From Octopus sinensis (taxonomy: Eukaryota), in NCBI RefSeq assembly GCF_006345805.1, contig NW_021831284.1:124001-188000 (forward strand): 64,000 nucleotides of DNA, in the 5' to 3' direction. Below, one piece after another: positions 49,622-62,299 of the stretch. Numbering within the stretch: the first letter of the stretch is position 1; each line of letters opens with the position of its first letter. Below the pieces are notes generated by a model, which saw only the letters and a list, made by a program, of their open reading frames with translations, searched no databases and was not told where the DNA came from. A program made the translations under genes and the position numbers.

Positions 49622-51582
49622 TCAGTAGTACTCATAGATCTCTTGTAATGTTAGTGGACCTTTGCTTCGATTCATATTTGATTTGACGTAACAATATCCT
49701 TTTAATCGGTTTTGATTCTTGCGAATAAAGTCTGTCAAGGGTCTGAAAATAAAAATACATTAAACTATACTTGGAATTTTTGCCTAAAATTATGTATATT
49801 TATAAAATAAAACCTGTAATTTTTTGACGATATACAAATTTTTTTAATAAAAAGATTTCAATAAAAATAATTGCCGACAGAACAATCAACAAAATGTTCA
49901 CATGAGACACCGGGATTTTTTTTCTCTCTATGTTCATATCAATTAATCAATCTTACCAAAAAGAAGAGAAACTGTAACTGAATGATTTTTTTCCAGAAAT
50001 CCATCTGATATGATACACGTGAGAATAATCGATGGAGAATCAATTATTGGTTTATTGTAGGATGTTAGGTTAAATATGAAACTACTCCTATTTTCGGCAG
50101 CTATGATATAATAGAGGAAATCATTTTTTATGTGTTTCATTTGCTTTCCATTGAGCAACCAATTTATTTTTATTTTTCGCACCGGGTCAACTGTTCCATC
50201 ACAAGTAATTTTATATATATTTGACGTAATCATATCAATTCGGTACGAATAAGGCATATTTATTATTGGTTCTTTAATGATCTTAAGATAAACTGTTTTT
50301 GCAGATTTTGCAAAAGCATTGGAAACGAGGCATTTAACACTCATAGACCGAGTTGGATTGATAACTTTCAATGTGGTTTTATCTGTTGATAAAGTTGAAT
50401 TAAAGTCAAGAATGTTTGTTCCTGAAACTAGTATCAGCAAATAATAATACCATATTCTACTGAATCCAAATACCAGGTTATTGTAGGTTTTGGATATCCT
50501 GCTTTTAAAAAACAAAAAAAAGTGGCGTTATCCTTTTCTGTTACATTTACCGATTTTAAGGAATCGGAAATTAGAGGTGATTCTAAAATTTTTTAATAAA
50601 ATTTAACCATAAATTGAAATTGTGAAATATTCTCTTTTATTAAAAATTTCTTCTCCGTAGAATGAAGGAACACAGGAAAATTCTGTATTCATCAGCTCTT
50701 CATTTGCATTCAAATTCATTCCGTCAATGTCTACTAATATATCTTCTTTGTAATATAAAATTGAGTCATACAGACTAAAATTAATATTTATGAATAAACT
50801 TTCCAAAAAATAAACAAGGATGAATTTTCTCAACGGAATTAAGCTCGATTGTTATGTTTTGACCTCTAGGAAAAGTATGAACCAGGAATAGGTTAAGGCC
50901 TTTTTGTCAAAGAACAAAAAAACCTGTTATTTCTTGAACAAAAGAAAACTTTTTTTCTTCATAATCTCCCTGGCAGACATAGAAACAAGATGAGTCATCT
51001 CTGTGGAAGTATTTTATGTATAAATCGTTATTCTCAACGATCAATCTGTCGTTTATCGACTCAAAAATTATCAATGTATTTTCTTCTTTTTCTGGACATG
51101 TTTTATACCACAAGCATTTTGTACTAACGCCTTCAGTCCTAAGTACAGTAAAATAACGATCTTGAAGGTCGTAGACTAGAAAAAGCATGCTTAAACATTA
51201 CTATTTTCTTTTATTAATGGTTCAACTTTTATTGGAAGAGATGTTTCTCTGCCACATTCATTTTCAGCAGTACAGCTGAACACTCCTGCGACTTTAAAGT
51301 TTTCGTTAAATATCAATTTTCTGCCATCTTGATGATAAGGAAGATTTCCAGTAAAGTTAATGGGGATGCCCGCTTTAGCCCAGCTATATTTAAGTTTAGA
51401 TAAAAATACGTGTATCCATCAACTGGATTCATTTCTATAGGACATTCTATGACGTATTTCAAATAATTCAGCATATATGTTGTTTCAGACATGTCCATTA
51501 TAGGGGGAAAACAAGTATTAATTGCTGGACCAATTAATAAATGCATTATTAGAAATATATGGACCTGATCTAGAAAATCCAT
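49622..51582 (-). CDS. Five-Ig-like-domain type I membrane protein, copy 4, long Tyr-motif tail
   Basis: Open spliced frame: D1 CPIE..WAKAG..FSCTAEN, D4 CFLKAGYPKPTITW..CLVSN, D5 CDGTVDP..CIISDG, TM VNILLIVLSAIIFIEIFLL, tail ending LKGYCYVKSN..TLQEIYEYY*. 13-nt microexon at 49771-49783. Start codon could be the first or second Met. Confidence 0.85.
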
Positions 51583-51789
51583 ATAATAAAAACTATTTCC
51601 ACCACTTTTGTTCCTTTATATTCTTAAAATATTATAAAATCAATAATAGGAAATAAAAATGCTAATTTCCACTATCTTGCTTTTATTTAATAAAATTTTG
51701 ATTTTATTTTTTTAAATAAAGTAAATTAAATTTTTCTTTAAATTCGTCCCCTGTTTTGTAGATTAATTAATTAATTTAATGAATTAAAA

Positions 51790-52010
51790 GGCCTGAATCT
51801 TTACTGGGCGAGAGGCTGACGCGATAGAGAAAGAGGTCGAGCGTACTATCGCGAGGGGTATCCGCTCAGAAAACCATCTCAATTCGCGGGCGTCACCTGT
51901 GAGTGTCGACATACGAGACCCGATCTCCTGAACAAACCGATTGCCTTTCCACCCAAAGTACCAAACGTCTCAATTGCGAATGGGAGGAATTGGTACTTTT
52001 CCACTTTCGC
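51790..52010 (-). mobile_element. CRE-like 3' remnant
   Basis: KYQFLPFAIETFGTLG..QEIGSR..ELRWFSERIPLAIVR across a frameshift. Confidence 0.75.
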
Positions 52011-52429
52011 ATTTTTTACACTCGGCAGTTGTGGCAATTGATCCGCGAACATCAACAGGTCAATTATTTCCGAATAAATTATTTTTTTATTAATTTAAAA
52101 ATATTAATTTTTATTAGTTCTACCAAATTGACACAAATATAATAATTAAATAAAATTAAATTATTCAGTTAAAAAAAAAACAAAAAACAAAAAAAACAAA
52201 TATAATTTTCGCCAACGAGACTCTTTGGAAAAGATGACGAGTCTCGTTGGGATCCTTGTTTCGTCTGGCAATCTTCGACCCCAGCCGACGAAGGAAAGAA
52301 AGCGATTTTGGGCCGATGACCCCGGAACTTGTTTCGTCTGGCAATCTTTGCTTTCGCGAATCATCAGATAAAAATGATTTAAAATCAAATATAATTGTTT
52401 GACAATTTAAAATTGACTAGAACCTTCAT

Positions 52430-52815
52430 TTCTTCTACGGTTTACAAATATTTTTAAAAATACAATTTCAACAAAAATAATTTTTCAAAAACGACCAACA
52501 GAATATATATGGCGATATTTTCAATTTGTTTTCCTCTAAATTCATATACCTTTAAAATTTCATCAAACTACATAAAACAGTGATCGTATACTTAATTTCT
52601 AAAATCCATCAAATAAAATACAAGTAAAATTCTTTTTTGAAGTATCAATTAATAAAGATGTCAAATTAAATAAAAAATTTTTATCAAATAATCACTCGAA
52701 TTTAATTTTCCGCACTGGTCGACTCTTCCAATCATTTCAATAATTCTGTTTTTATTTATTCCAATCATTTCAATAAGGCAAGCGTATTTCTATGTTCTTA
52801 AATTAAATCTTTAAC
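52430..52815 (-). pseudogene. Degraded 3' fragment of the Ig family (D5 and TM exons)
   Basis: Shares CCTCTAAATTCATATAC (intron/TM boundary) and TTCTAAAATCCATCA.ATAAAAT.CAAGT with copy 1; deletions and stops present. Confidence 0.65.
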
Positions 52816-53159
52816 AGCTTTCGCGAATCATCAGATAAAAATGATTTAAAATCAAATGAATGTGTTCTTAAATTGAATTAAAGACTAATAGAAATCGAAT
52901 TTTGCTCAATCCAATTAACCAATTTCAAATTAGCAAAATACAGATTAAATTGTGAAAAATCATTTCTCCCTTAAATAGCCAACAATGGGGAACAAATCAA
53001 AAATGACGAAGTTCTTCCACCCAAAAATCTTAAAACCTTCCCGCCAAGAAAATTAAAAAATGTTTTCTGTCTTCATGTTTTACTGCTGGTGATTTCTTTT
53101 TCAGAATTGATGATATTATACATCAGTCCTTCATATATTACATAAACTGACGGTTTTTC

Positions 53160-53500
53160 CGGGGCCAGGCTCCCAACGAGATTTGGGAGAATCTGGATTC
53201 GCTCTTGTGCCGACCTGGCTTTGCCTTGCTATCTATCTTCCACATCAGCTTCCAGGATTTCTGTTTGCTCTGCTCATTATCCCTTTCTCGAACTCAATGA
53301 GCTCCCAGAATACTCTTCTGGTTGCTGTATTTGGAACACAGTTGGCCTCGGTTTTCCAGAGACTCCCCTCAGTCCAAAGAAGCTGGGATGACATTCACTG
53401 CAAAAAAAATTTGCAGTCAATTCGTTCTAAACTGGATCAACTTCAGCTGGCCTCTTTACATGCCAGCCAAACAGCGGAGACTGGCTCAAAGCTCTTCAAA
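53160..53500 (+). mobile_element. CRE-like fragment (post-RT)
   Basis: Homologous to the reverse complement of 29550-29900 (DLALPCYLSS.., SVQRSWD, GDWLKAL). Confidence 0.75.
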
Positions 53501-53504
53501 AGTA

Positions 53505-55440
53505 CGGGATGTTAACTCCAACAATTGAGAACCCATGAGTCTATAAAATTCAAAAATGGTCTACCCACTGACAAAGAAAATGCCAATCTGTTAATGAAAA
53601 ACTTCAAGAACATCAGACTGCCACTCACACAAATCACGAGTATACCCCCTTGATCACAATTCCAATCCGTTCACCCAAGAAGTAAAAAACTTATTTGCCA
53701 ACCTCAAACAATCCCATGCAACTGGACCCGACAACATTAGCAGTTTCATCTTAAAGGTCTGGGTGATCATGGATTAAAATATCTCACATCGATACTAAAT
53801 GAATCTTTTAACAACACCATCCAACAAATATGGAAAATTGAGAAAATTTTCACGAAATTAAAACCACATAAACCAGCTGTCGACCCATCATCATACAGAC
53901 CAATCACACTTCTGTGCACCTCCTCAAAAATAGTGGAACGTCTAATTTTAAACAGAATATCTCATAAACTTCCAACATGGCTTCAGACAATATCATTCAA
54001 CAACTCTACTCACAAATATGCCACAAACAATATCGAACGGATTCAAGAAAAAACTCTCCCCTTCGGACAATATTAATCACTCTGGATCTAAGCAAAGCTT
54101 TTGACTCCATTCCGCGACTCTCACTAATAAACAAAATCATCAACACAAATATCGATAATAACTCAAAACGATAAATATCCAATTACCTCATTGGGAGACA
54201 AGGTTATGTCAAACTCATAAAAACGCTCAAATACATGCATCCTCCCCAATGGAATACCTCAGGGCTCAGTCCTATCCCCCACACTTTTTAACACTTACCT
54301 AAGTGACATTTCTACACCACCCGAAAATGTATCTCTGTTCCTATACGCAGATGATATTAAAATCACGTCATCAAACACAAATCCAACGGCAACATGTCGC
54401 CAAGTTCAACCATTCGTTGATACCCTGTATAACTGGATCACTCTAGAAGGGCTATCCATATCACCAGCCAAATCATCAGCAACTCTTCTAACAAGTAATA
54501 CACGAGAACACAATTTCACTCCGACAATCAGAATTAACAATATTCAAATTCCCCACACTAAAACAGTCAAAATACTCGGGATAACGTACGATACCTCTTT
54601 ATCATTTTACCAACACATTGAAATTCAAATGCAAAATGAATGCCCACCGCTCACTCACCGCAACAGACTTTGGACAAAACAATGAAGGCTTAATACTCGT
54701 ATACAAACAATAAATTCTTTCAACATTGTTCTACGCAAGTCCATCATGGGCGCCTCTGCTGTCAAAAATCTCCTTCAAAAGTTACAATTAATCCAAAACC
54801 AAGCACTCAAAATCATTACGGATTGTATGAAGTCTACTCCGACCGACCATATGCATCAGGAAACTAACATGATCAAACTTGCAGACCACTTCGACATCTA
54901 TGAAACCCAATTCTTCGCCTCCGCGAGTATGATAAAAACCATGGCCAGATTGCAGAGTGAATGAACTCATTTCACTGCATCAAAAACACATCAGCACTCC
55001 AGTACTGTCTTATCCTAAGCTCATTCCTCAACAAAAAACTATCGGAAATAAAAGAACTAATAACTAAATCCTCCTTGAACGCATTAACCGCAAACAATAT
55101 CCTTAACAATCACCCCCAAAAATAAACTCAGCTGAAAAGGATCTCAGCCGCAAAGATCTGGTCGAACTCGCAAGATTTCGCTGTGGGCATCACCCTTTAC
55201 TCCTCGACTATCAAAACAAACTGGATAAGGACGTCGACCTGTCCTGTCCAATCTGCCATGACGGACGACACATAGTAACGCACGTCGTTCTGGATTGCGA
55301 AAATCTCACCGTCATAAGAAGATCTTATAAAATTAACTCCATCCTTAATTTATGGTGTGACCCTAAGAGGTCTGTCGATTTTCATCTTGCCGCATTCCTT
55401 TCAATTTAAGGGGGAGGAATGGGGTTAAATAAATAAACTG
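53505..55440 (+). mobile_element. APE-type LINE (I/Jockey-group-like) RT and C-terminal CCHC region, 5'-truncated and degraded
   Basis: GPDNISS, SYRPITLLCTSSKIVERL, LDLSKAFDSI, GIPQGSVLSPTLF, YADDI, KILGITYD, RFRCGH..CPIC..HVVLDC. Confidence 0.85.
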
Positions 55441-55479
55441 CACGACGACCAGAAAACCCGGGTCTTGTCAATCATCGTT

Positions 55480-55700
55480 GCTTAATCGTCAAGAAATATT
55501 TCAAATGAATGAGGCTCGAAAAGTAAATGTCTATTTCAACTGTGTTAAATATGCCAAAACTTTTACAAAAAACAGGAAAATCAGTAACAGCTCAAACTAT
55601 AAGAAATACAATGAAAAAAATTGGTCTGAATGCTTATTCGCCCACGAAAAGGCCACTTCTTACAAAACAAAACAAACTTCGACGATTGATGACATACCTA
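55480..55700 (+). mobile_element. Tc1-like transposase remnant (DNA-binding region)
   Basis: TGKSVTAQTIRNTMKKIGLNAYSPTKRPLLTKQNKLRRL matches the Tc1/Tc3 second HTH-linker pattern. Confidence 0.7.
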
Positions 55701-57199
55701 ACATAGAATATGGTCTCAAATGGATTCAGTAATTTGGTTTAAATAAAAGAGAAGATGGATTGAGCTTTGTATGTTAACATACTAATGAATAAACTTATCT
55801 CATTTCTAAACAAAATCGAACTTAAAGATCATATTTACTAACAAGACAATTATCCGAAACATACTTCGGCAATAGCAAAGCGTTTTTTAAATAAATAATA
55901 TCGAATAGCTACAAAACCCAGATTTTAACCCCATAGAGAATGTTTGAGCCTTTACGCTTTCAATAAAATTATTGGACAATACAATTAAACATTAAATTTA
56001 ACTGTTTAAGTTAAAACCTTGATTGTAGGAAATATCTAAAAAGTTCACGAAACATTTGAAATTATTTTATTTTTATACTTTTAATACTTTTTATGAAAAT
56101 GTTATTTCACGTTGAATTTATGTTGGATCTTTTTTGAGTTTTAACATTCAAATCTATTATCATTCTAAAAATCAATAAAATGCTATTTAAAATTTTTATG
56201 TTACATTATTAATATTTAAAAAATTTATTTATACAATTAAAAAGCATGTTCAGCTTTTAGTTCTTTGTTGTTAAACTATTTGCACATCTAAATTGCCTTA
56301 TTTTTAAGGTTTCGCTTGTGTGCTACATTGTTTGATGGCCTTAATTATATTTCTAGGCGACAATTTCTAATCTGTTTTGCACAGTTAATTGCTTCATGTT
56401 TGAAGTTATGCTTATGTGCTAAATTAATCAGGAATATATTATTCATTCCGTTCATTTAAACAACAATTGTGACAGACAGTGAACGTTTTCTAAATGTAAA
56501 TTTTCCTTGAAAAACAGAAAAAATTACCCCTGATAAACAAACCTCAAAAATTTAGAATGACTTAAATGCTTAAACTAACTCTTATTCTCACTTGAACCCT
56601 ATTAAGAGTTGAGAATATTTTTTTTTAATTAGGAGATAGTCTCAGGATCCAAATTAATCTATTTTTTTAGCCGTTGTTAGTAGTCTCTGGGTTTCAAAGT
56701 AAGGTACAATTATTAAAAGATACTATCAAAATTTTGTTAGTTAGTAGCCCCGAAGTACGGACTTTCTAGTTTTAAAATGCTCAGATGAGATGACTACATT
56801 CCCTTTAGTGGAGGTAAATTTCTCATCAGAAATTCTTTCAAGATATTTATTTCGCTCGTCGGTGAAAGGTGATGGAAATTCCTTCAAGAAATACGTACGA
56901 ATATTTAAAATGTGTTCATTGAATAGCAATTTAAGTGCCCTCATATCTATTAACCGTTGTGAATAGAGATTGTCCAGGTTTCGGCAAAAAACAAAGGTCC
57001 CGGTTACAAGAGTCAACTGATATTTTATTAGATTAGGAAAGGATTGATTTAACAACCTAAAAGAAGGAAAAAACTATCCATGCAAAATGAAACAAAAAAG
57101 ATTGGAAATTTAAAAATTCATTAGAATAGAAAGCTGGGATTCGAAGAGTACTTTGCTTGAATTTCAAAGTTATTCATGAATAATTTGATTAGTTAATAG

Positions 57200-57531
57200 C
57201 TCACGAGACGCTCGTCCTGCCTCGTGAATAGCAAAGTCATTCCCAAGAATCATAGCGATTGACAGACGTTTCAAGAGCCAAGATGACTTTCTGGAATTGT
57301 GTCATATCCTTGATATCCGTCAAGGAAGCAGAGCGAACCAAACCAGGCTTTCAACCGACCATAAGCAGCCGAGTAATCTTGAGACAATTTCCGTTCGGGA
57401 AGATTTCTGAAAACGATGTCTAAGAAAGAACGAGAAGCAGTGTAAACGGATAGGAATGCCGGAAGGACCAGATCGAAATAGGATTTTATGCCAAAGCCGC
57501 CCCAGCGCACAGATGCCTGAGTCCAGTCGAA
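57200..57531 (-). mobile_element. CRE-like fragment (post-RT)
   Basis: WTQASVRWGGFGIKSYFDLVLPAFLS. Confidence 0.7.
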
Positions 57532-58517
57532 GGCCAGATTGCAGAGTGAATGAACTCATTTCACTGATTGAGTAGTTTACTATCTGCTATTAATCTCCTT
57601 GGTCTCGAATTAATTCCTAGAAGCTGCTTGTGCCGGAAGCTCTGATTGGGTTTGACGGGGGATGCCGTCATGACATCTCATCATATTCGGACGCCAAACA
57701 TGTATGGACCTTCGGATGGGACATCACGAGCTTCCTAGCGTTGTAACAGCCGCCAGCAACTAAAGAAAACTGATGAGAACAGGACTCAATACTTCCTATT
57801 AGTTAGAATAATTAACTTTTTAGTTCTCTCATTAAAAGTTCTCTTCGTGTAGCCGCCGCAAGCGAAACCTCAGTAACCTACGGGCCTCTGATTTCGCGGT
57901 GCGCTTATTGTATTTCGCTAAATTCAATAAATTATAGTCAATTATTTTTAAAAAGCTCAAAAACATCGTCGATCAGCACTATCTCCTCAGAAGTTTATCA
58001 ATAATAAAATTTGAACTGAATGTAAAATCCCAAAGAACTTAAAAAAATCATTAACAGAGCCAAATGGCACAATGTAAAAACTGTTCTAAAATAAAAACAG
58101 AAGTTATTTTTAAGAAATCATTTTACATAAAACTTTTTACGTCTTCAAAAAGAGCCCTAAATTCACTATTTGTAAAACAGGAATTTTAAAAAGTAAAATA
58201 ACAAGCGCTTAATTGAGCAAAATTTTAAAGCAGTGAGTATCTAATCAGACGCCCAAACTACTCGTTTCAAAAAACTAGCTTATTGATGCCTCTGGACGGT
58301 CTACGGTCTTTTTTCTTTTAAAGTACACAGAGAACAATAAATCGGTCAGTAGCAAACAAGAATCCTATTAAGAATAGTTTATTAGACACAAGCCTAGAGA
58401 AACTTCCCGCACACATCCACCCGGTGGCCAATACGACCCTGTAATACAGAAATGTAAAATTTGATTTCTAGACTATCTAGTTAAAAATATTGCCAAAAAT
58501 TTTAAAAATGGAACAAA

Positions 58518-59043
58518 TTAAAACTCATACGCTTTATGGATAATAATTGGATCGATAGGCTTGTCATTATGGTCGGTGTCGACCATTCCAATACGCCTAA
58601 TAACACTCATTCCACTATCCACACGTCCGAAAATAGTATGTTTCATGTCAAGTTGTTGGCAGGGACACAAAGTTATAAAAAACTGAGATCCATTTGAATC
58701 TTTACCGGAATTTGCCATTGATAAGATCCCTGCTCCAGTATGCTTCAAGCTACCAGTAATTTCATCGTCAAAATTTTTCCCATATATTGACTGCCCACCT
58801 CGACCTGTGCCTGTTGGGTCGCCTCCTTGGATTATGAAGTTATTGACGACTCGATGGAAGGTTACTCCATTGTAGTACCCAATCTTACTTAATTGAGCAA
58901 AATTTCTGCATGTATTTTTTGCATAGTCCCAATATAATTCGAATGTAATTTTCCCCAAACTAGATTTTAAAGATTTTGTACTGATACCTGGTTTCAAATG
59001 CAACATTTGCAGGCTTCCAATCATCAGAGGGAATCTCACACAT
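58518..59043 (-). CDS. PPIL1: Spliceosomal cyclophilin PPIL1, one 28-nt intron
   Basis: MCEIPSDDWKPANVAFETSLGKITFELYW..YYNGVTFHRVVNNFIIQGGDPTGTGRGGQSIYG..KHTIFGRV. Confidence 0.95.
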
Positions 59044-59394
59044 GATCAACTAAATTAATTATACTTTAAAAATACATTATTAAAAACTTTCAAATTCTTA
59101 ATAAATTATAATTTTTGAATTGTTCTGATTTAGAATAATATACAATTCCTTCTTTTATAACTTCTCTTATTTTTACTATCATATAACCGTTCAAAAATTA
59201 CGCTCGACTTACAATGTAGAAAAAATTAATTTTTTGCGTTATGAAAATAAACTGCTATTTTGTCAGAGAATTCCTGACAGATTTTTTCATTTGTTTAAAG
59301 TAAAGATTTCGAAAAGGACAATTAACAATATTTCGAAGATTCGGTAAAGGATTTTTGCACAATATAAAAGTGTCAATTCCTTTACAAAAACTTT

Positions 59395-59700
59395 AAAACA
59401 GCTGAAATATCCGGAACTTGATGAAAAGCTTGTCTAGTGATTGATAAGATGGAATTGAAAGGTAGTTTTAATATTTTTAAAGTTTTAAGGTGCATTACTA
59501 AATGATGCCTTTTCAACAAAGCAGAAATTTTTTATCGAGATCTCTCTCGATAAATTTAAAAACTACTCGATTCTTGTTTAAAATAAAAAAGACATGAATT
59601 CCGTTCGAGAAAATTACATGGGGAGATGAAAACTAATAAAAATGTTTAAGAATCTGTGATGTTGTATGCAAATATGTCTGGGAACCACAAACTAAAAATA
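59395..59700 (+). mobile_element. Pogo/Tigger (CENP-B-type) transposase remnant
   Basis: KYPELDEKLV*, then ..KAEIF and RKLHGE-like pieces across stops and frameshifts. Confidence 0.5.
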
Positions 59701-61128
59701 AATTTTCGAGAACAGTCTACAGATGAAAATTTTGATTAATAATTAAAACAAATATTTATGATCTATTCAAATTTAAGAATTCATTTCTATAAATTTTTTA
59801 GAAGAAAATGCAATTAGCGAAGAAAGTAATTTCGATAATGAAGATCTTGAATTATCTTCAAATGAACAAAAGTTTGTTCATCTCACTAAAAATGAAATTG
59901 GTGTAAAATTGAAAGAAATTAAAAAGTCACTACTAGAAATTGTCGAAAACGAAAACGATGAAACGCAACTTTGCAAATCTTTAAAATTTTAACATGATTT
60001 AAAATTAAAATTGAAATAACTTAAGTTTTCCATTGAATCCCATAAAATAATTTATAAGTAGACCTTAATAGAAAAAGTAAAATCAATAAATACTGAACGC
60101 TAATTTGGTTTAGGTTGTGAGGGGGGTAATAATTTGACAGATCTCATTGCTATTTCTCGTTTCAATCTCTAAACTTAGGTCTTCTAATCACAAATGAACT
60201 GTGCAGACAGGCTTGCTCCTTCAGAAGATTCTTGTTTTGACATTTTAATACATTATGAAGCATTTAGATTTTTTCTCATTTTTCTAAAATATCAATTATA
60301 AATTTTATAGTTTCTTGTTCTGCTCTTGGCTTTCTCCCTAACTTTAATTTATGGGTTTGTTGGGAAATAAAACTTGTCTTGTCTTGTCTTTTCAGGTATT
60401 TGTCAATTTATAAATTTTTTATTGACAAAATCAATTTTTTTTCTAATTTGATGTTGGCGTTTTATTAACGGCGTGTTTCATAAACCGACTGTGACATTTA
60501 TTTTAAACTACATATTTCTTATCTAAATTCGACTTCCCAAATTCTTTTCCGTCTCTTTCCTACTCTAAATACATTCATTTCCTCTTTTTTCTCTTTTGAT
60601 GCTTTAAATATCAAAGAGAAAGTGTAGATTAATGAATCACGCTGACTAAATGTTCGGATAGGAATTGAATTGTTAAAGTTTACATAATATAAGACCAGTA
60701 GGATTACTCTACATCAACCTACCTTAAATACCCCTTGTAACACAGCAAATAATTGATAAACCTCAACATCTCGTTATGACTTTATAAATGTTCACAGTGA
60801 AGCATACTTCCGCATTTTTAAACCTAGTTAGGGATATAGATAGTTTATGTCGTGTTTTCCAATAGACAACAACAGATACCTAATATAGATACCTTCCCGG
60901 TCAAATTATGTGCATAATACTGTATTTTGCAACGTTTATTCAATATAGAAAAAGATTTGATTATCCAATTCCAAAATATTCTTGAATTATAAATTCCATC
61001 TTGGATGATGAATCCTTTTTTGTGGAAGCTGTTGTATATAGAATTACTAGTATTGCCTTAATATTGTCTGTTGTATATAAAATTTTTTAAGGGTGTCGAT
61101 TAAATATTATGGGGGTCAAAAAAATCAA

Positions 61129-61163
61129 GGGGTCGACGAGTAAAAAAAGGTTGAGAACCCCTG
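61129..61163 (-). mobile_element. Single hAT/Charlie-like terminal sequence
   Basis: Minus strand begins CAGGGGTTCTCAACCTTTTTTT, a typical hAT-Charlie end; the partner end was not found. Confidence 0.45.
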
Positions 61164-61639
61164 CCCTAGACCAACAAAATGAAGATCAAGGAAAATCTGA
61201 GAGAGCCTTTACACTAACGGAGCACTGGACTAGAATGAAGTGCTCAGGTCCTACGAACTTGGTAGCCCTCATGCTCTCATATGGCAAGAATATAATGCAA
61301 TCACGGAGACGAGGGCCACATGTCGAAGACGAAGTTGCACAGGCTCACAAAAGTAAAATCTGGCAAAGATGAGGGCTCTCTTGAAACGTGTCGAGATCAT
61401 ATGACTTTATTTGTTCCGTTCCAAACAAAACCGGACCGGGTGGGTAGTCAGTTTTGCAACTACATAAACCGGAATTCTGGAGTTCAAATTAATCAGATCC
61501 TTCAGTGGAGCCGGCCCGGAACGTTTTTTTCCTTGCGACCAACGTTCAGTTAATCTCCACATTCTTAATACAGCCTCCTTCATTTTTCTCCTGTTTGTCC
61601 AAGATACATAAGCGTAGAAAAAGCTTAATTCGATGTATT

Positions 61640-62250
61640 GATGATATGTTCGCCAAGACCGGGTGAGAACCACTTTACCATATTTCCAACAAGCTTTTTA
61701 ACACATTCATTTTCATTTCGCATTTCGAAATTATGTTATCTACACGTGAAAAAAAGCAGAGATGCATATCAAGAGTCATTTCTAAGATGATTTTTGATCT
61801 AACTTCTGTTGAAAGGTATGACGACATTGTTCAGTTTCTACTCAGCATTCACGACGAGTCGGTTATCCATTAACCAGGCATTGAGCAGATCCAGGATAAA
61901 TTATATCTTTTTAGTGGCATTCCGATACCGTGAAACCAATACAATATCATCCGTTTAAGACAGTAAAACATCATTATCGTCCAAAAGTGACAGGAGGTCT
62001 TCCATGAAGAGATTAAACAAAACAAGAGATAAGAGAAAACCATCAAGTACTCTGTTGGACAGAAGACGTAACATTGACTTCAATTCTCCAAGGCACACCC
62101 TACCTCTTCGTCCACTTGAGAAATTTGTGATCCATTGTTTGAATTTGCCTAGAAACCATGTTTGAAATATTTTACTTAATAGAATCTTCCTCAAGACAGG
62201 CTCAAAATTCATGTATATGTCGACGGAACTGAGCACTGTCTTTAAGTGTC
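61640..62250 (-). mobile_element. Degraded CR1/L2-like RT fragment
   Basis: QWITNFSSGRRGRV..DGFLLSLVLFNLFMEDL..*TDDIVLV. Confidence 0.7.
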
Positions 62251-62299
62251 TCGGTTTGTTTGGGAAAGCTGAAAATCATTTTTATGAACCAATAATAAA

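Noticed and set aside
51780-52060. GC-rich island as a structured ncRNA (RNase P/MRP, snRNA)
   Set aside because: The minus strand translates to the CRE C-terminus, and no conserved ncRNA motifs were found.
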